Shown: positions 46,720 to 56,779 of the stretch, in pieces
Layout: each line of letters begins with the position of its first letter
Position numbering within the stretch: the stretch's first letter is position 1
Assembly (NCBI GenBank): GCA_903872035.1
Contig: CAIQIZ010000029.1
Span: 479 to 64,478, forward strand
Direction: 5' to 3'
DNA length: 64,000 bases
DNA from: an uncultured bacterium
GTDB taxonomy: Bacteria; Patescibacteriota; Minisyncoccia; Phycocordibacterales; PALSA-1337
Translations under genes and position numbers: made by a program
Notes under the pieces: model-generated
Seen by the model: only the letters and a program-made list of their open reading frames with translations
What the model was told of the DNA's origin: nothing
Database searches by the model: none

Positions 46720-48099
46720 ATGAATACTGAAATAATTCAGGGTGGAATGGGGGTATATATCTCGACTCCATCCCTGGCAAATATCGTCTCTCGCAACGGT
46801 GCTCTAGGCACAGTGTCTGGAGTAGCTGCAGAACGGATACTAGCCCTCATCTTAGGAAAAGGCGACCCTGGTGGGCATTTTCGAAGAGCCTTGTCACATT
46901 TCCCTTCTCAAAAAATGGCAGAACAGGTCATCGACACCTACTTTATCGAGGAAGGCAATCCGAAAGGTCTGGCGGCCAAACGTGCGCCAATGTTCACGAT
47001 AAACCCATCGGAAATACTCATTGCCCTTAGCGTCACAGCCAATTTTGCATTCGTCTACCTGGCAAAGGAGGGACACGATAAACTCGTCTCCGTGAACTAT
47101 CTGGAGAAGATTGCCATGCCGCACATTTATGCCATCTACGGCGCAATGCTGGCTGGTGTGGACTTCATCACTATGGGAGCGGGCATACCACTTCTGATCC
47201 CTGACGTTATCAACAACTATGCCGAAGGAAAGCCTGCTAGCTATCGCGTACCTGTCGTCGGCCAGAATATCACGAGCCATGCTATGGTTTTTGACCCGAG
47301 TTCATATTTCGGGGAAAAAATGCCTGGCCTCAAAAAACCTGGATTCATCCCGATCATTGCTTCAAATCTCTTGGCATCTATCTTTATGAAGAAATTCAAG
47401 GATAGACCTGGAGACATCTACGGATTTGTAGTCGAGGAATGGACGGCGGGCGGACACAACGCTCCACCCAGAAAAGGTGGCGTATACGGACCAAAGGATG
47501 AGGTCGACTATGGAAAGATCCACGATCTCGGTCTACCGTTCTGGATCGGTGGCTCCAAAGCATCACCAGAGAAATTGCATTGGGCAAAGTCAGTCGGTGC
47601 AACTGGGATTCAGGCGGGTTCAATATTCGCTCTTTGTAGAGAATCGGGTATGGATACAACAATCCGCAAGATAAGTCTTAGGCTTGGTTTCAACAAGGAC
47701 CTTATAGTGAGAACATCTTTAATCGCGTCTCCAGCAGGGTTTCCTTTCAAAGTCGCATGCCTGCCCGGATCTTTGTCTGAGGAAAGTGCTTACCTGTCCA
47801 GGAAAAGAGTCTGCGACCAAGGCGGTTTGAGGACATTATTCGAAAGGCCGGACGGATCGATAGGCTATCGCTGTGCGGCGGAACCTGTAGAAGAATATAT
47901 CAGGAAGCTTGGGTTGTTGAAAGAAACCGAGGGAGCACGTTGTATCTGCAACGGACTCATATCCACCGCCGGCTTGGGCGACGTGGGCGAAGCACCCATC
48001 ATCACGCTAGGTGACGATAACAGATTCCTACAGTACCTCCTGACCCACCCTGAAGGCTCATATGGAGCAGTTGATGCGATCAAGTACCTGTCTCGATGA
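46720..48099 (+). CDS. Nitronate monooxygenase/FabK-family FMN-dependent TIM-barrel oxidoreductase-like protein
   Basis: N-terminal 'IIQGGMGVYISTPSLANIVSRNGALGTVSG', typical of the NMO/2-nitropropane dioxygenase family. 459 aa. Confidence 0.5.
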   Translation: MNTEIIQGGMGVYISTPSLANIVSRNGALGTVSGVAAERILALILGKGDPGGHFRRALSHFPSQKMAEQVIDTYFIEEGNPKGLAAKRAPMFTINPSEILIALSVTANFAFVYLAKEGHDKLVSVNYLEKIAMPHIYAIYGAMLAGVDFITMGAGIPLLIPDVINNYAEGKPASYRVPVVGQNITSHAMVFDPSSYFGEKMPGLKKPGFIPIIASNLLASIFMKKFKDRPGDIYGFVVEEWTAGGHNAPPRKGGVYGPKDEVDYGKIHDLGLPFWIGGSKASPEKLHWAKSVGATGIQAGSIFALCRESGMDTTIRKISLRLGFNKDLIVRTSLIASPAGFPFKVACLPGSLSEESAYLSRKRVCDQGGLRTLFERPDGSIGYRCAAEPVEEYIRKLGLLKETEGARCICNGLISTAGLGDVGEAPIITLGDDNRFLQYLLTHPEGSYGAVDAIKYLSR

Positions 48100-48127
48100 T
48101 CGATTTGACACATCTCGATCATTACAG

Positions 48128-48158
48128 TCCGCCGGTTTTATATCGGCGGATTTTCTTT
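48128..48158 (+). terminator. Intrinsic terminator
   Basis: tccgccggttttatatcggcgga followed by ttttcttt. Confidence 0.65.
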
Positions 48159-48253
48159 CCAATTATTCTGATATGGTTGACAATTTGCTAATTTGTTGTA
48201 TTCTTATACGTGGTAGCAACAGTTGTCTGAAAACTCAACAACGAAAGGACCCT

Positions 48254-48646
48254 ATGCGAACAGAATTATATCGACGGTCAAACGAAACGGACATATCTCA
48301 CCTTCGGAGACTACACGCCTCGATCCTCAGGGATTCCGGATCAATGCAAGACGCGGACACAGAAGCGATCATGTTCCTCATCGACTACATCCCCCGTCTT
48401 TTAGACGAAGTTCAAAGGGCAAGAGACGATCGTCAGGCTAACGCGGAAAAACTTCCGGCGGCGGCGAAAGCTGACAAGAAGGTGGTCGATATCGGATACA
48501 GTAGCCAAGATGGACGTGTCATCTGGCGCCTGCGATATAGCGACAACTCCGTCGGAACATGGAACGATACGACCGTAGAGACCGTTCACACCGAACTATT
48601 CCAAGTATTAAGGGCCAAACTTCGGAGAGAACACGGCCTTGAGTAA
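48254..48646 (+). CDS. Hypothetical protein
   Basis: Internal ATG after the terminator of the preceding gene. 130 aa. Confidence 0.4.
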   Translation: MRTELYRRSNETDISHLRRLHASILRDSGSMQDADTEAIMFLIDYIPRLLDEVQRARDDRQANAEKLPAAAKADKKVVDIGYSSQDGRVIWRLRYSDNSVGTWNDTTVETVHTELFQVLRAKLRREHGLE

Positions 48647-49007
48647 TAGGAAACAAATCATGAGTACAATTATTGAAATCGCCAAATCGCCCCACGAGGG
48701 GATCGGGGCCCAAGCGGGTACTTTCCGCAAAGCGATAGATATCAACGTCGAACACATTTACACGAAAACGGTCGACAGTGCAGTCCTCTATAAAAGCGGA
48801 TTGCTCATTGCCACAGGTCAGATCGCTGTCAAAGGACAGAACAAAGGAATTGTCTTCGAGCTACGCGACGCTCGGATCATCGAGGATTTTATCGGCATCT
48901 GGTGGCCGTCTGAGGTTGAACTGAGATGGTACAGTATGTTGCAACTTTTCACAGAAGAGATCACCCTAGATGGCAGATCTCTCCGTCCACCTCGGGACAA
49001 ACAGTAA
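48639..49007 (+). CDS. Hypothetical protein
   Basis: Overlaps the previous ORF by 8 nt, suggesting an operon pair. A terminator follows. Confidence 0.4.
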   Translation: MSNRKQIMSTIIEIAKSPHEGIGAQAGTFRKAIDINVEHIYTKTVDSAVLYKSGLLIATGQIAVKGQNKGIVFELRDARIIEDFIGIWWPSEVELRWYSMLQLFTEEITLDGRSLRPPRDKQ

Positions 49008-49122
49008 TCCCAACTTCCCTTTCAGCTCGCCGACGCAACTCAACGCGCCGGCTTTTTTATACTCTTTAATTAATCCCAATTATCGGATATAATCGACGAT
49101 GTCATAGAAACCTCTACTCACA

Positions 49123-50154
49123 ATGCCCTTCTCGCCTAACTATTTTCTCATATTCGAAGCCAGCGGCTTTCTTTTTTTCATAGTGATCTTGGCGCGTGAG
49201 ATATACCAGCGCAATTATGGCAAAATATTTGAGATTATAAGCTGCGCCGTCTTCGGCATGCTCTTGGAGATCGGCGACACTTACCTGGCACACACATATT
49301 CCTATGGCACGAATTTTCTGGTCAACCTAGCTCATGTGCCGGTGGCCATCGGTCTGGGCTGGTCGATCATCATCTATTCGGCCATGCTCCTGAGCGATCA
49401 ATACAATATCCCATGGATGCTTCGACCATTTATGGACGCTTTAACAGCCGTCATGCTGGATCTAGCCATTGATGCAGTAGCCATCCGTCTGGGCTTCTGG
49501 CACTGGGCCATACCGCTGGACCGAGAATGGTACGGGGTTCCTTTTGAGAATATCGTCGGATGGATCTTGGTCGTCCTATCATTTTCCTTCCTGATACGCT
49601 TCATCAGAACCTTGAATCACAAAAGGTTCTTTACCAAAGTCCTCATGGTACTCTCGCCGATACTTTCATACATGGGCCTCATGATCGGACTGTTGACCTT
49701 GAGCATCATAGCTATCCTTCCATATCAAATAAACAATTGGATGACACTGATCTGGTTCAAATACTCGCCTGACCTCTCGATACTCACCAATCCGCAAGTC
49801 GAGCTTTGGAAGTCTATCATCTTGACCATCATGATGACTGAGCTCATCAACATCGTCGTCTGGTCTCTCGTCAAATATCGCCGGAATTATTTGAGACATT
49901 TCGATATCGTCTCATTTACAGCCTTGTCAGGGATCCACCTCATATTTTTTGTGGCCATATTCACTGAAGGAATATATCTGCAATTGCCGGTTCTCGTCGC
50001 CATATCGCTGGTATGTTTCGTCGTCCATCTCCTCATCCACTTCTTACCATTCATGATCAATAGGAAATCGATCTATTTCTTTAAAGTCATAAAGAAGGCC
50101 ACGATCCATGGTGAGGAAAAGCTAGATGATGCCATTGAAGCGGTTTTGAAATGA
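49123..50154 (+). CDS. Polytopic integral membrane protein, hypothetical
   Basis: About 8-9 transmembrane segments across 343 aa. Confidence 0.55.
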   Translation: MPFSPNYFLIFEASGFLFFIVILAREIYQRNYGKIFEIISCAVFGMLLEIGDTYLAHTYSYGTNFLVNLAHVPVAIGLGWSIIIYSAMLLSDQYNIPWMLRPFMDALTAVMLDLAIDAVAIRLGFWHWAIPLDREWYGVPFENIVGWILVVLSFSFLIRFIRTLNHKRFFTKVLMVLSPILSYMGLMIGLLTLSIIAILPYQINNWMTLIWFKYSPDLSILTNPQVELWKSIILTIMMTELINIVVWSLVKYRRNYLRHFDIVSFTALSGIHLIFFVAIFTEGIYLQLPVLVAISLVCFVVHLLIHFLPFMINRKSIYFFKVIKKATIHGEEKLDDAIEAVLK

Positions 50155-50157
50155 CAT

Positions 50158-50826
50158 CTAATACATACCGTACATGCCTCTGACTTCTGAAAGATGGAAG
50201 TCTAGATCCTTACGCAGCGGATGGTCAGGCCAGAGACGGATAAGCTCCTCGATGGTCTCGACATAGTGCTGTATCAAGTGGTCTTTTGGAACATTGAATC
50301 TTCTGAAAGTGCTGTCGCCTTCTTTGCGAAAATCAGCTAAAAGCTCAGTGCAGTTAGCAATGACGTCGGCTGATTTAACCAGAAGAGAATCTTGAGCCAT
50401 TACTGAAAGCTTTTTGACAGTGGCGCTCTTGTGGTCGACCCACGGAAGCTCCCTTTTGCTTTCCGTCACATCACTCACGATCCGGGCGACTTTGGCGCCG
50501 AAACGACGCTTGATCACGCTGACTGTGACCTTTTTTGTATCTAGACTGTCTTCAACAGTATCATGCAACAATCCAGCTACGATGATATCTTCATCATGCG
50601 AGATCCGCGAAAGAATCAGTCCGACTATGAGCGGGTGGATGATGTAAGGGATATCTTTTCCCTTTCTCTTCTGCTTTTGATCCAATTCATGGACCCTTAT
50701 GGCCATATGTATTGCAGCTTTGATTTTTTGTGTATATTCCATGGCGATATTTTGAGTTTTGAAAGACGGAAGGTAGACATTGTAAACCAAATTATTTTGG
50801 CGCACAACTGCCGTTGTTCCTTGCAA
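50158..50826 (-). CDS. HD-domain (p)ppGpp hydrolase-like protein (small alarmone hydrolase / SpoT HD family)
   Basis: 'HPLIVGLILSRISHDEDIIVAGLLHDTVEDS' carries the HD motif of the RelA/SpoT hydrolase domain. Confidence 0.7.
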   Translation of the reverse strand: MQGTTAVVRQNNLVYNVYLPSFKTQNIAMEYTQKIKAAIHMAIRVHELDQKQKRKGKDIPYIIHPLIVGLILSRISHDEDIIVAGLLHDTVEDSLDTKKVTVSVIKRRFGAKVARIVSDVTESKRELPWVDHKSATVKKLSVMAQDSLLVKSADVIANCTELLADFRKEGDSTFRRFNVPKDHLIQHYVETIEELIRLWPDHPLRKDLDFHLSEVRGMYGMY

Positions 50827-50896
50827 TCACCATAAAATGGTCTATCATACCTGCTAGATTCCTCTTTCAGATTAACTCCGAACGAAGACAGAACAA

Positions 50897-51157
50897 ATGA
50901 CTTTAATGGTTTTTGATCTCGCACAATACACAAAACGACAATTCGTCGACGCCCTGACCTGCCCAATAAATAGGCATGGGACACGCGTAGAGCACGGCTG
51001 CGACGATTGGGCATTGTATGAGCACCCAGAATGGCTCATGGCTCACTATTTCGCCAACGGCGGCCCTGAGGCGTTCGCTAGACGGCGAGACGAGTTCGTC
51101 AGGAACATCGAGGTTCCCGATCCTCCAGCTCACTTTGAGATAGAGTTCTATCTCTGA
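50897..51157 (+). CDS. Hypothetical protein, 86 aa
   Basis: An ORF with a downstream terminator. Confidence 0.35.
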   Translation: MTLMVFDLAQYTKRQFVDALTCPINRHGTRVEHGCDDWALYEHPEWLMAHYFANGGPEAFARRRDEFVRNIEVPDPPAHFEIEFYL

Positions 51158-51182
51158 TTCATTTAACTGCACGAATCGACAT

Positions 51183-51210
51183 CCGCCGTCGCTACGCTGC
51201 GGTTTTTTTG
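51183..51210 (+). terminator. Intrinsic terminator
   Basis: ccgccgtcgctacgctgcgg followed by tttttttg. Confidence 0.55.
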
Positions 51211-51582
51211 TTATTTAATGAGACAATCTTTGTATGTCGGGCTATTCGGATCTCCCTCTGTAATGAATGCCGTGTTCCCCTTGTTCCAGAAGACTATCGA
51301 CTCGTCGGTATTGGCATATCTAGCGCCGGAAGCAGAGATGGTCTGCGGCAATGTTAATTCTCCCAAACGTGCAGTCCTGATTCGCGCAAAATTTTTGTAG
51401 AACTCAGCATCGATCGATTTGGAATCAGCACAAGAAAAAGTCACGACATTTATCGGGTATCCCAAGATCTTCACAATAGCTACCTTATGGCCTAGATAAA
51501 AGCCAAAATAGAATACCGCCACAAACAGAATAATGGCAACGATCTGCGAAAAGACAGTGACTTTGGTCCAAATTATTTTCAT
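51211..51582 (-). CDS. MliC-family membrane-bound lysozyme-inhibitor-like protein
   Basis: N-terminal anchor. 'SASGARYANTDESIVFWNKGNTAFI' with two cysteines bracketing the domain (CADS...KDC). Confidence 0.55.
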   Translation of the reverse strand: MKIIWTKVTVFSQIVAIILFVAVFYFGFYLGHKVAIVKILGYPINVVTFSCADSKSIDAEFYKNFARIRTARLGELTLPQTISASGARYANTDESIVFWNKGNTAFITEGDPNSPTYKDCLIK

Positions 51583-51589
51583 GCGATTA

Positions 51590-54500
51590 TTATAACTTTA
51601 ATACATTCTTCACACCACTGACGACACGATCAAAAACATATACAGCGCCGGATGGAACGGCCCATAAAAGATTTTTGGTAAACGACCAGAGAAAGGTTGG
51701 AATGCTAGGCGGCGTGACTAAAACGGTTATTTCAGCATTTGGAGACACGCTATCCATTTCGAGGTTATCTTGTACCGACTGATTAGAATTTGAAACAGGG
51801 GCAGACTTCCTTACCAATACATTTGCGGGAGGATTATTTACAACTGGAGGCACCACGACATTATGTGCCTGTATATCTGCGAGAGTCGAGAACATGCCAT
51901 CGCCGGAAATAGCGCTATTACCAGATCCATCAGTCGAGATCACTGCGTAATGATAAGTCGTGCTCGGTGTAAGGCCGCTCAAAATGACAGAGTGATAAGC
52001 GCTTCTAGTCGAATCCAGGGACGTGAGCTGACCGTAAGTATAGTATAAGCCGTATTTAACCTGGTTAGTGGATAGCTCGTTGGTGTCCCAAGTTATCTCG
52101 ACACTGTTCTTGGTAACATTCGATACGCCAATAGAATAAAGTGACGGCGGTATACTGTCGACTGCTGCACTAAAATTGGCCGAAATAGTATGATTGGCGG
52201 AGATATTGGAAAATGTGTAGGTACCGTTCGTTAAGGAAGAGCTGTTGCCATCAACGACGAAGGAAGATACCTGATAGCCGGCATTGGGAACGATAGTAAA
52301 TGTCTGATTGCTTCCTGAACTTACCGTGATGATTCCGCTGGGAACGACCGAACCATTGGAACGGTAGGAGGAATCGATCGTGTAAGTTACTGTTGGATGA
52401 CTTGAGGCAGTCACAGTTACGCGGTCGGTCGAAGAACGAGATCCATCGGAAACTGAGACTTCTAACACATAGCTACCAGCTTGAGAGAATGTTGCAGTCG
52501 GAGAGATGTTGTGCAAGTTAGAGAATGTTACTGATCCGGGACCAGAGATCTTTGACCACGAGTATGTAAGCGAATCAGCATCAGGATCAGATGAAGCGGC
52601 TGCCGAAAGACTTGCCGTAGCTGGCAAAATAACGGTCTGATCTTGTCCTGCTTCCGCCACTGGAGACCTGTCCAAGTTTATGACAGAGACAGTGACAATC
52701 TTCGAAGCAGAAGCACCATGAGAGTCAGTCGCTGTGAAGGTCACTGCGTAATTTCCAGACTGACTGTACGTCGGTGTCCAAGAGAATGTTTGGTTTGAGA
52801 AATTGAAGGTAGCACCGCTCGGCATATTTGAAGTGCTATACGCTATCACATCACCGTCAGGGTCAGAAGCTGAAACTGTGAAACTCAAACTGGAGTTCTC
52901 ATTGACTGACTTATCACTGATCGCCGTGAACGTAGGCGCGTGATTGCTCTGCTGAGCTGAAAAACTGGCTACGATCGTATGATTGGCGGATATATTGGAG
53001 AGCGTATATGTATTGGCTGTAAGAGAAACTCCAGATCCATCCACGGTCACATTTGAGATTTGATATCCAGGATTGGCGGACACTATGAAAGCCTGGCTGC
53101 TGCCTGAATTTACCGTGACTGAACCGCTTGGCGCGATCGAACCATTAGATCCTGCTGAAGCCGAAATAGTATATGTGACTCTGGGAATATTCACTGGCAA
53201 AGTTACGGTTACTACAGCAGACCTTGATACTGAAACATTCCCTGATCCGTCTTTTGCCCAGGCATATAGGGTCTTTGTTCCTGCCGATGCAAATGTGTAT
53301 GTCGTAGGAGCTGCCGATAACCAACCGGCTGCCCCGGAAGACGGTGTCGTAGCGCCGGTATAGATAGATGTCGCATTTCCAGCACCAGCTGTTTGGCCTT
53401 GCGAACTACCATCTGACTCTGTGACCATGTATCCACTAACGCCAGAAACGATCTGTCCGCTCGTCGAAGGATCACTAGCCACAACAGTGATCGGGACCGT
53501 CAACGAACTGGCTGTTGTAGGCACGGTGAATGTGGTGACGATAGGTATAGTCATATCAGAGCCTGGAGGAGACGCTGGAATATTTGTAACATTTACGTAT
53601 AGTCTACGAATCAAACTATTTGAAACATTGCCAGCTGCATCTTTTGCCCAGGCATACAGAGTCTTTGCGCCACCAGAAGCAACAGTGTAACTAGCTGGTG
53701 CCGTTGCCGACCAGCCGGATGCTGTCGCTAACGGCTTTGTCGACGACTCAGTTATCATATACCCGGTGACTGCCGTCGAATCGACCGCAGTGAGCGAACT
53801 CACCGGGATCGTAAGCGACGTGACCGGACTAGGAGTGAGAAAAGCTGTAACCGTCGGAGGAGTGACATCGAGGTAGGGGTCACCGCTCGAAGATGTCACA
53901 TTTATCGTAACCGATCCCTGAAGAGACGAGACCTGATCATCTGGCGGTGCCCAAACACCGGTCATAGAGATATTCAAAGTAAACTGTGTATGATTTTGAA
54001 TATTAAATATAGCCGAATTCGCCACCAATATCTGACCGGCCGAGTCGATTGAGAATGCCCCGCTTTCATTCCCGCTATTTATCGTAAATCCTCTCGCCTG
54101 GATCGCGTCTGATTGCGAATAAGCGACCTTTCCTACCACAGTACCATTCGCTGCAGATCTATCCACAGTGAATGTCTGAGATTGGATAGTAGGCGGAGTG
54201 TATGAGTTAAAACAGGACATATCCAGGGTCGTCACTTGGTAGATATTGGGATTATTCCCAAGATCAGTCATGGCCTGGTTTATTTCAGGAATATACGCTC
54301 CGACCATAGATGCAATTCCACCACCATGCTGAACTGAAACCAAAATCAAGGTGTTATTGATGAGAAAAAAGCTGGGATGACCAGAGTCCCCGTCATAGGC
54401 CATTTGTGAAAGAAACGGTGTCGCTGCCCAAGTGATAGCTTCCAGACCGAACGGATAGAAGGCGGAATTGGAAGAGTATGCTGTCGTATTATCGCCGCCA

Positions 54501-55204
54501 TTATCGATTTTTCGTATCAAAAATTCGTTAAGCTGATCGAAAAAGATCATTGGCACGTAGAGCGATTGCGATATATGAGAAGACAAATCTGAGCTGGATA
54601 TCACTGGATAATACGCAACTGTGCTGGGTAAATCACTATCAAAGACAACCAGGGCCAGATCGGTTGAACCGATCTCTTTCAACCCCACGACTGTACGGGT
54701 GTAATCGACGCCGTCGGTACCACGGAACAAGACTATTTGATTGAGGTGCACTCCATAACCATTCAAATGCCACGCCGTTAGAGCATGCCTGGGACTGATC
54801 AGAGTAAATCCATAGAAATCGGTGGCAGTGTGGACAATGCTATGACCAGTAAAATTGAGACCAGTCGGCCAAGTACGCAAATAATAACTGGGACTACCAT
54901 TAGGGTCTCTGTTAACATTGGTTGTCGCGTCGGATGGTATAGAGACTCCATTGATCTTACCTTTCAGCTGGCTGAATAATTCCGTATACAAGTACTTTGA
55001 GGCGGGACATGATGAAAGATGGAAAACCGGACCACTAAAACCGACGACTTGTGCCTTCAAGACGTTCGGATTCAGCAATGAAACTGTTCTATTAATCGAG
55101 CTATATTGTGTGCAAATAACAATTAAGGAGGCGACGATAAAAAAACTAATTATGGGCGAAACCTTAGGAGAATTTTTTATGCAAAACTGCATACGGATAT
55201 ACAC
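51590..55204 (-). CDS. Giant surface protein: N-terminal trypsin-like serine protease domain, tandem Ig/PKD/cadherin-like repeats, conserved C-terminal module
   Basis: N-terminal transmembrane or signal segment. S1-like triad motifs 'LTAWHL', 'TDLALVVFD' and 'GDSGHPSFF'. At least four repeated ~90-aa modules (...TYTFSNISANHTI..., ...DPDGD...SWTPTYSQSGNYAVTFTATDSHG...). The C-terminus '...DRVVSGVKNVLKL' is shared with the next gene. Confidence 0.75.
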   Translation of the reverse strand: MYIRMQFCIKNSPKVSPIISFFIVASLIVICTQYSSINRTVSLLNPNVLKAQVVGFSGPVFHLSSCPASKYLYTELFSQLKGKINGVSIPSDATTNVNRDPNGSPSYYLRTWPTGLNFTGHSIVHTATDFYGFTLISPRHALTAWHLNGYGVHLNQIVLFRGTDGVDYTRTVVGLKEIGSTDLALVVFDSDLPSTVAYYPVISSSDLSSHISQSLYVPMIFFDQLNEFLIRKIDNGGDNTTAYSSNSAFYPFGLEAITWAATPFLSQMAYDGDSGHPSFFLINNTLILVSVQHGGGIASMVGAYIPEINQAMTDLGNNPNIYQVTTLDMSCFNSYTPPTIQSQTFTVDRSAANGTVVGKVAYSQSDAIQARGFTINSGNESGAFSIDSAGQILVANSAIFNIQNHTQFTLNISMTGVWAPPDDQVSSLQGSVTINVTSSSGDPYLDVTPPTVTAFLTPSPVTSLTIPVSSLTAVDSTAVTGYMITESSTKPLATASGWSATAPASYTVASGGAKTLYAWAKDAAGNVSNSLIRRLYVNVTNIPASPPGSDMTIPIVTTFTVPTTASSLTVPITVVASDPSTSGQIVSGVSGYMVTESDGSSQGQTAGAGNATSIYTGATTPSSGAAGWLSAAPTTYTFASAGTKTLYAWAKDGSGNVSVSRSAVVTVTLPVNIPRVTYTISASAGSNGSIAPSGSVTVNSGSSQAFIVSANPGYQISNVTVDGSGVSLTANTYTLSNISANHTIVASFSAQQSNHAPTFTAISDKSVNENSSLSFTVSASDPDGDVIAYSTSNMPSGATFNFSNQTFSWTPTYSQSGNYAVTFTATDSHGASASKIVTVSVINLDRSPVAEAGQDQTVILPATASLSAAASSDPDADSLTYSWSKISGPGSVTFSNLHNISPTATFSQAGSYVLEVSVSDGSRSSTDRVTVTASSHPTVTYTIDSSYRSNGSVVPSGIITVSSGSNQTFTIVPNAGYQVSSFVVDGNSSSLTNGTYTFSNISANHTISANFSAAVDSIPPSLYSIGVSNVTKNSVEITWDTNELSTNQVKYGLYYTYGQLTSLDSTRSAYHSVILSGLTPSTTYHYAVISTDGSGNSAISGDGMFSTLADIQAHNVVVPPVVNNPPANVLVRKSAPVSNSNQSVQDNLEMDSVSPNAEITVLVTPPSIPTFLWSFTKNLLWAVPSGAVYVFDRVVSGVKNVLKL

Positions 55205-55206
55205 TA

Positions 55207-56685
55207 TTATAACTTTAATACATTCTTCACACCACTGACGACACGATCAAAAGCGTACTGGAAAAAAGATGGGATGGCGAATACAATTTCCTTGGTAAAT
55301 GACCAGATAAATGCCGGAATGCTGGGCGGCGTTGCAGATGCTATATCCTGACTAATAGGGGAATTTAATATGATAGGGGTGACTTTCTGATCAGATGGGG
55401 CCGGTGTCTTATTGGCAGGCTGGGAGATCTTTTTTGTTACGGATACATTGGCAGGTGGATCGTGCACAACCGGAGGACTAATGATTACTGGCGGATCGAT
55501 AGCGGCATGAGTCTGCACCGGAGATGGACTTATAGTAGCGGCCACGGCAGTGAAATTGGCCATGATCGTATGATTGGCAGTGATATTAGTAAATGTATAA
55601 GTACTATTGGTCAGCGAACCATTGTTATTATCGACAATGACACTGGCGGTTTGGTATCCAGGGTCGGGAATCAAGGTGAAGGTCTGATTGCTTCCGGAAT
55701 TCACCGTCAACTTTCCATTTGGAGAGATGCGTCCGTTCGGATTAGCGGAGGAATTAATAGTGTAGGTGACCATCGGAACGTTAGAAACAGTCATCGTGAT
55801 ACGGTCAGTTGAAGACTTTGTTCCATCTGAAACTGCCAGTTCGATCACATATACGCCAGACTGTGAAAAAGAGGCGGCCGAAGCGACAGTGTGATAACTG
55901 GAAAACGAGACGAGTCCTGGACCAGAGACCTTTGACCACGAATATGTTAACGGATCATTGTCGGGATCGTACGAAGCTGCCGCCGAAAGATTTGCCGAGG
56001 CTGGCAAGCCGATGGTCTGGTCCTGCCCCGCCTCCGCAACTGGAGGCCGGTCGATGTTCACGACCGAGATTGTGACGATTTCAGAAGCAGATACGCCATG
56101 AGTATCAGTAGCTGTGAAGATCACAGAGTAAATGCCCGACTGGTAGTATGTCGGCGTCCAAGAGAATGTTCGACTCGTTGAGTCGAAACTGGCACCACTT
56201 GGCAGATTTGAAGCGGAATAAGTCAGAGTGCCACCATTAGATGGAGATGCGGTAACAGTGAAATTCAATGCGGAACTTTCATTGACAGATTTATTCCCTG
56301 TCGCCACGAAAACAGGCGGGTGCTGGTCTGGCAGCGCAGAAAAACTAACTGCGATCGTATGAGTGGCGATGACATTAGAAAACGTATACGAACCGTTCGT
56401 CAGAGAAACCCCGCTTCCATCGACCACCGCATTCGAAACTTGATATCCCGAGTTAACGGAAACAATGAAGGCCTTACTGCTTCCGGAATTCGCAGTGATC
56501 GTGCCACTCGGTGCTATAGAACCGTTCGGACCGGCGAAAGCAGTAATAGAATATGTAGCCGCCTGACTGGAATCAGCACTCATGGTGGTCGGTCGATATT
56601 GCGTGCAAATAACGATAGTTAATGCAACGAGCAATAAGCTGAGGATCCGTGATACTTCGCGTGAGTTAAATATTTGAGACCGCAT
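55207..56685 (-). CDS. Paralogous surface protein: Ig/PKD-like repeats and the same C-terminal module, with no protease domain
   Basis: Repeats near-identical to 51590-55204 (SWTPTYYQSGIYSVIFTATDTHG). The last ~14 aa are identical. A ~50-bp identical DNA segment lies at both gene 3' ends (51580-51640 and 55200-55260). Confidence 0.75.
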   Translation of the reverse strand: MRSQIFNSREVSRILSLLLVALTIVICTQYRPTTMSADSSQAATYSITAFAGPNGSIAPSGTITANSGSSKAFIVSVNSGYQVSNAVVDGSGVSLTNGSYTFSNVIATHTIAVSFSALPDQHPPVFVATGNKSVNESSALNFTVTASPSNGGTLTYSASNLPSGASFDSTSRTFSWTPTYYQSGIYSVIFTATDTHGVSASEIVTISVVNIDRPPVAEAGQDQTIGLPASANLSAAASYDPDNDPLTYSWSKVSGPGLVSFSSYHTVASAASFSQSGVYVIELAVSDGTKSSTDRITMTVSNVPMVTYTINSSANPNGRISPNGKLTVNSGSNQTFTLIPDPGYQTASVIVDNNNGSLTNSTYTFTNITANHTIMANFTAVAATISPSPVQTHAAIDPPVIISPPVVHDPPANVSVTKKISQPANKTPAPSDQKVTPIILNSPISQDIASATPPSIPAFIWSFTKEIVFAIPSFFQYAFDRVVSGVKNVLKL

Positions 56686-56779
56686 GATAGAATATTTTCA
56701 TAATTGTAGCATTGAAATAGTTTTTTAGGAGGCCTTCGTTATACGGAAGCTTACACAAGTCCCCGCTTGACGCTATAAT

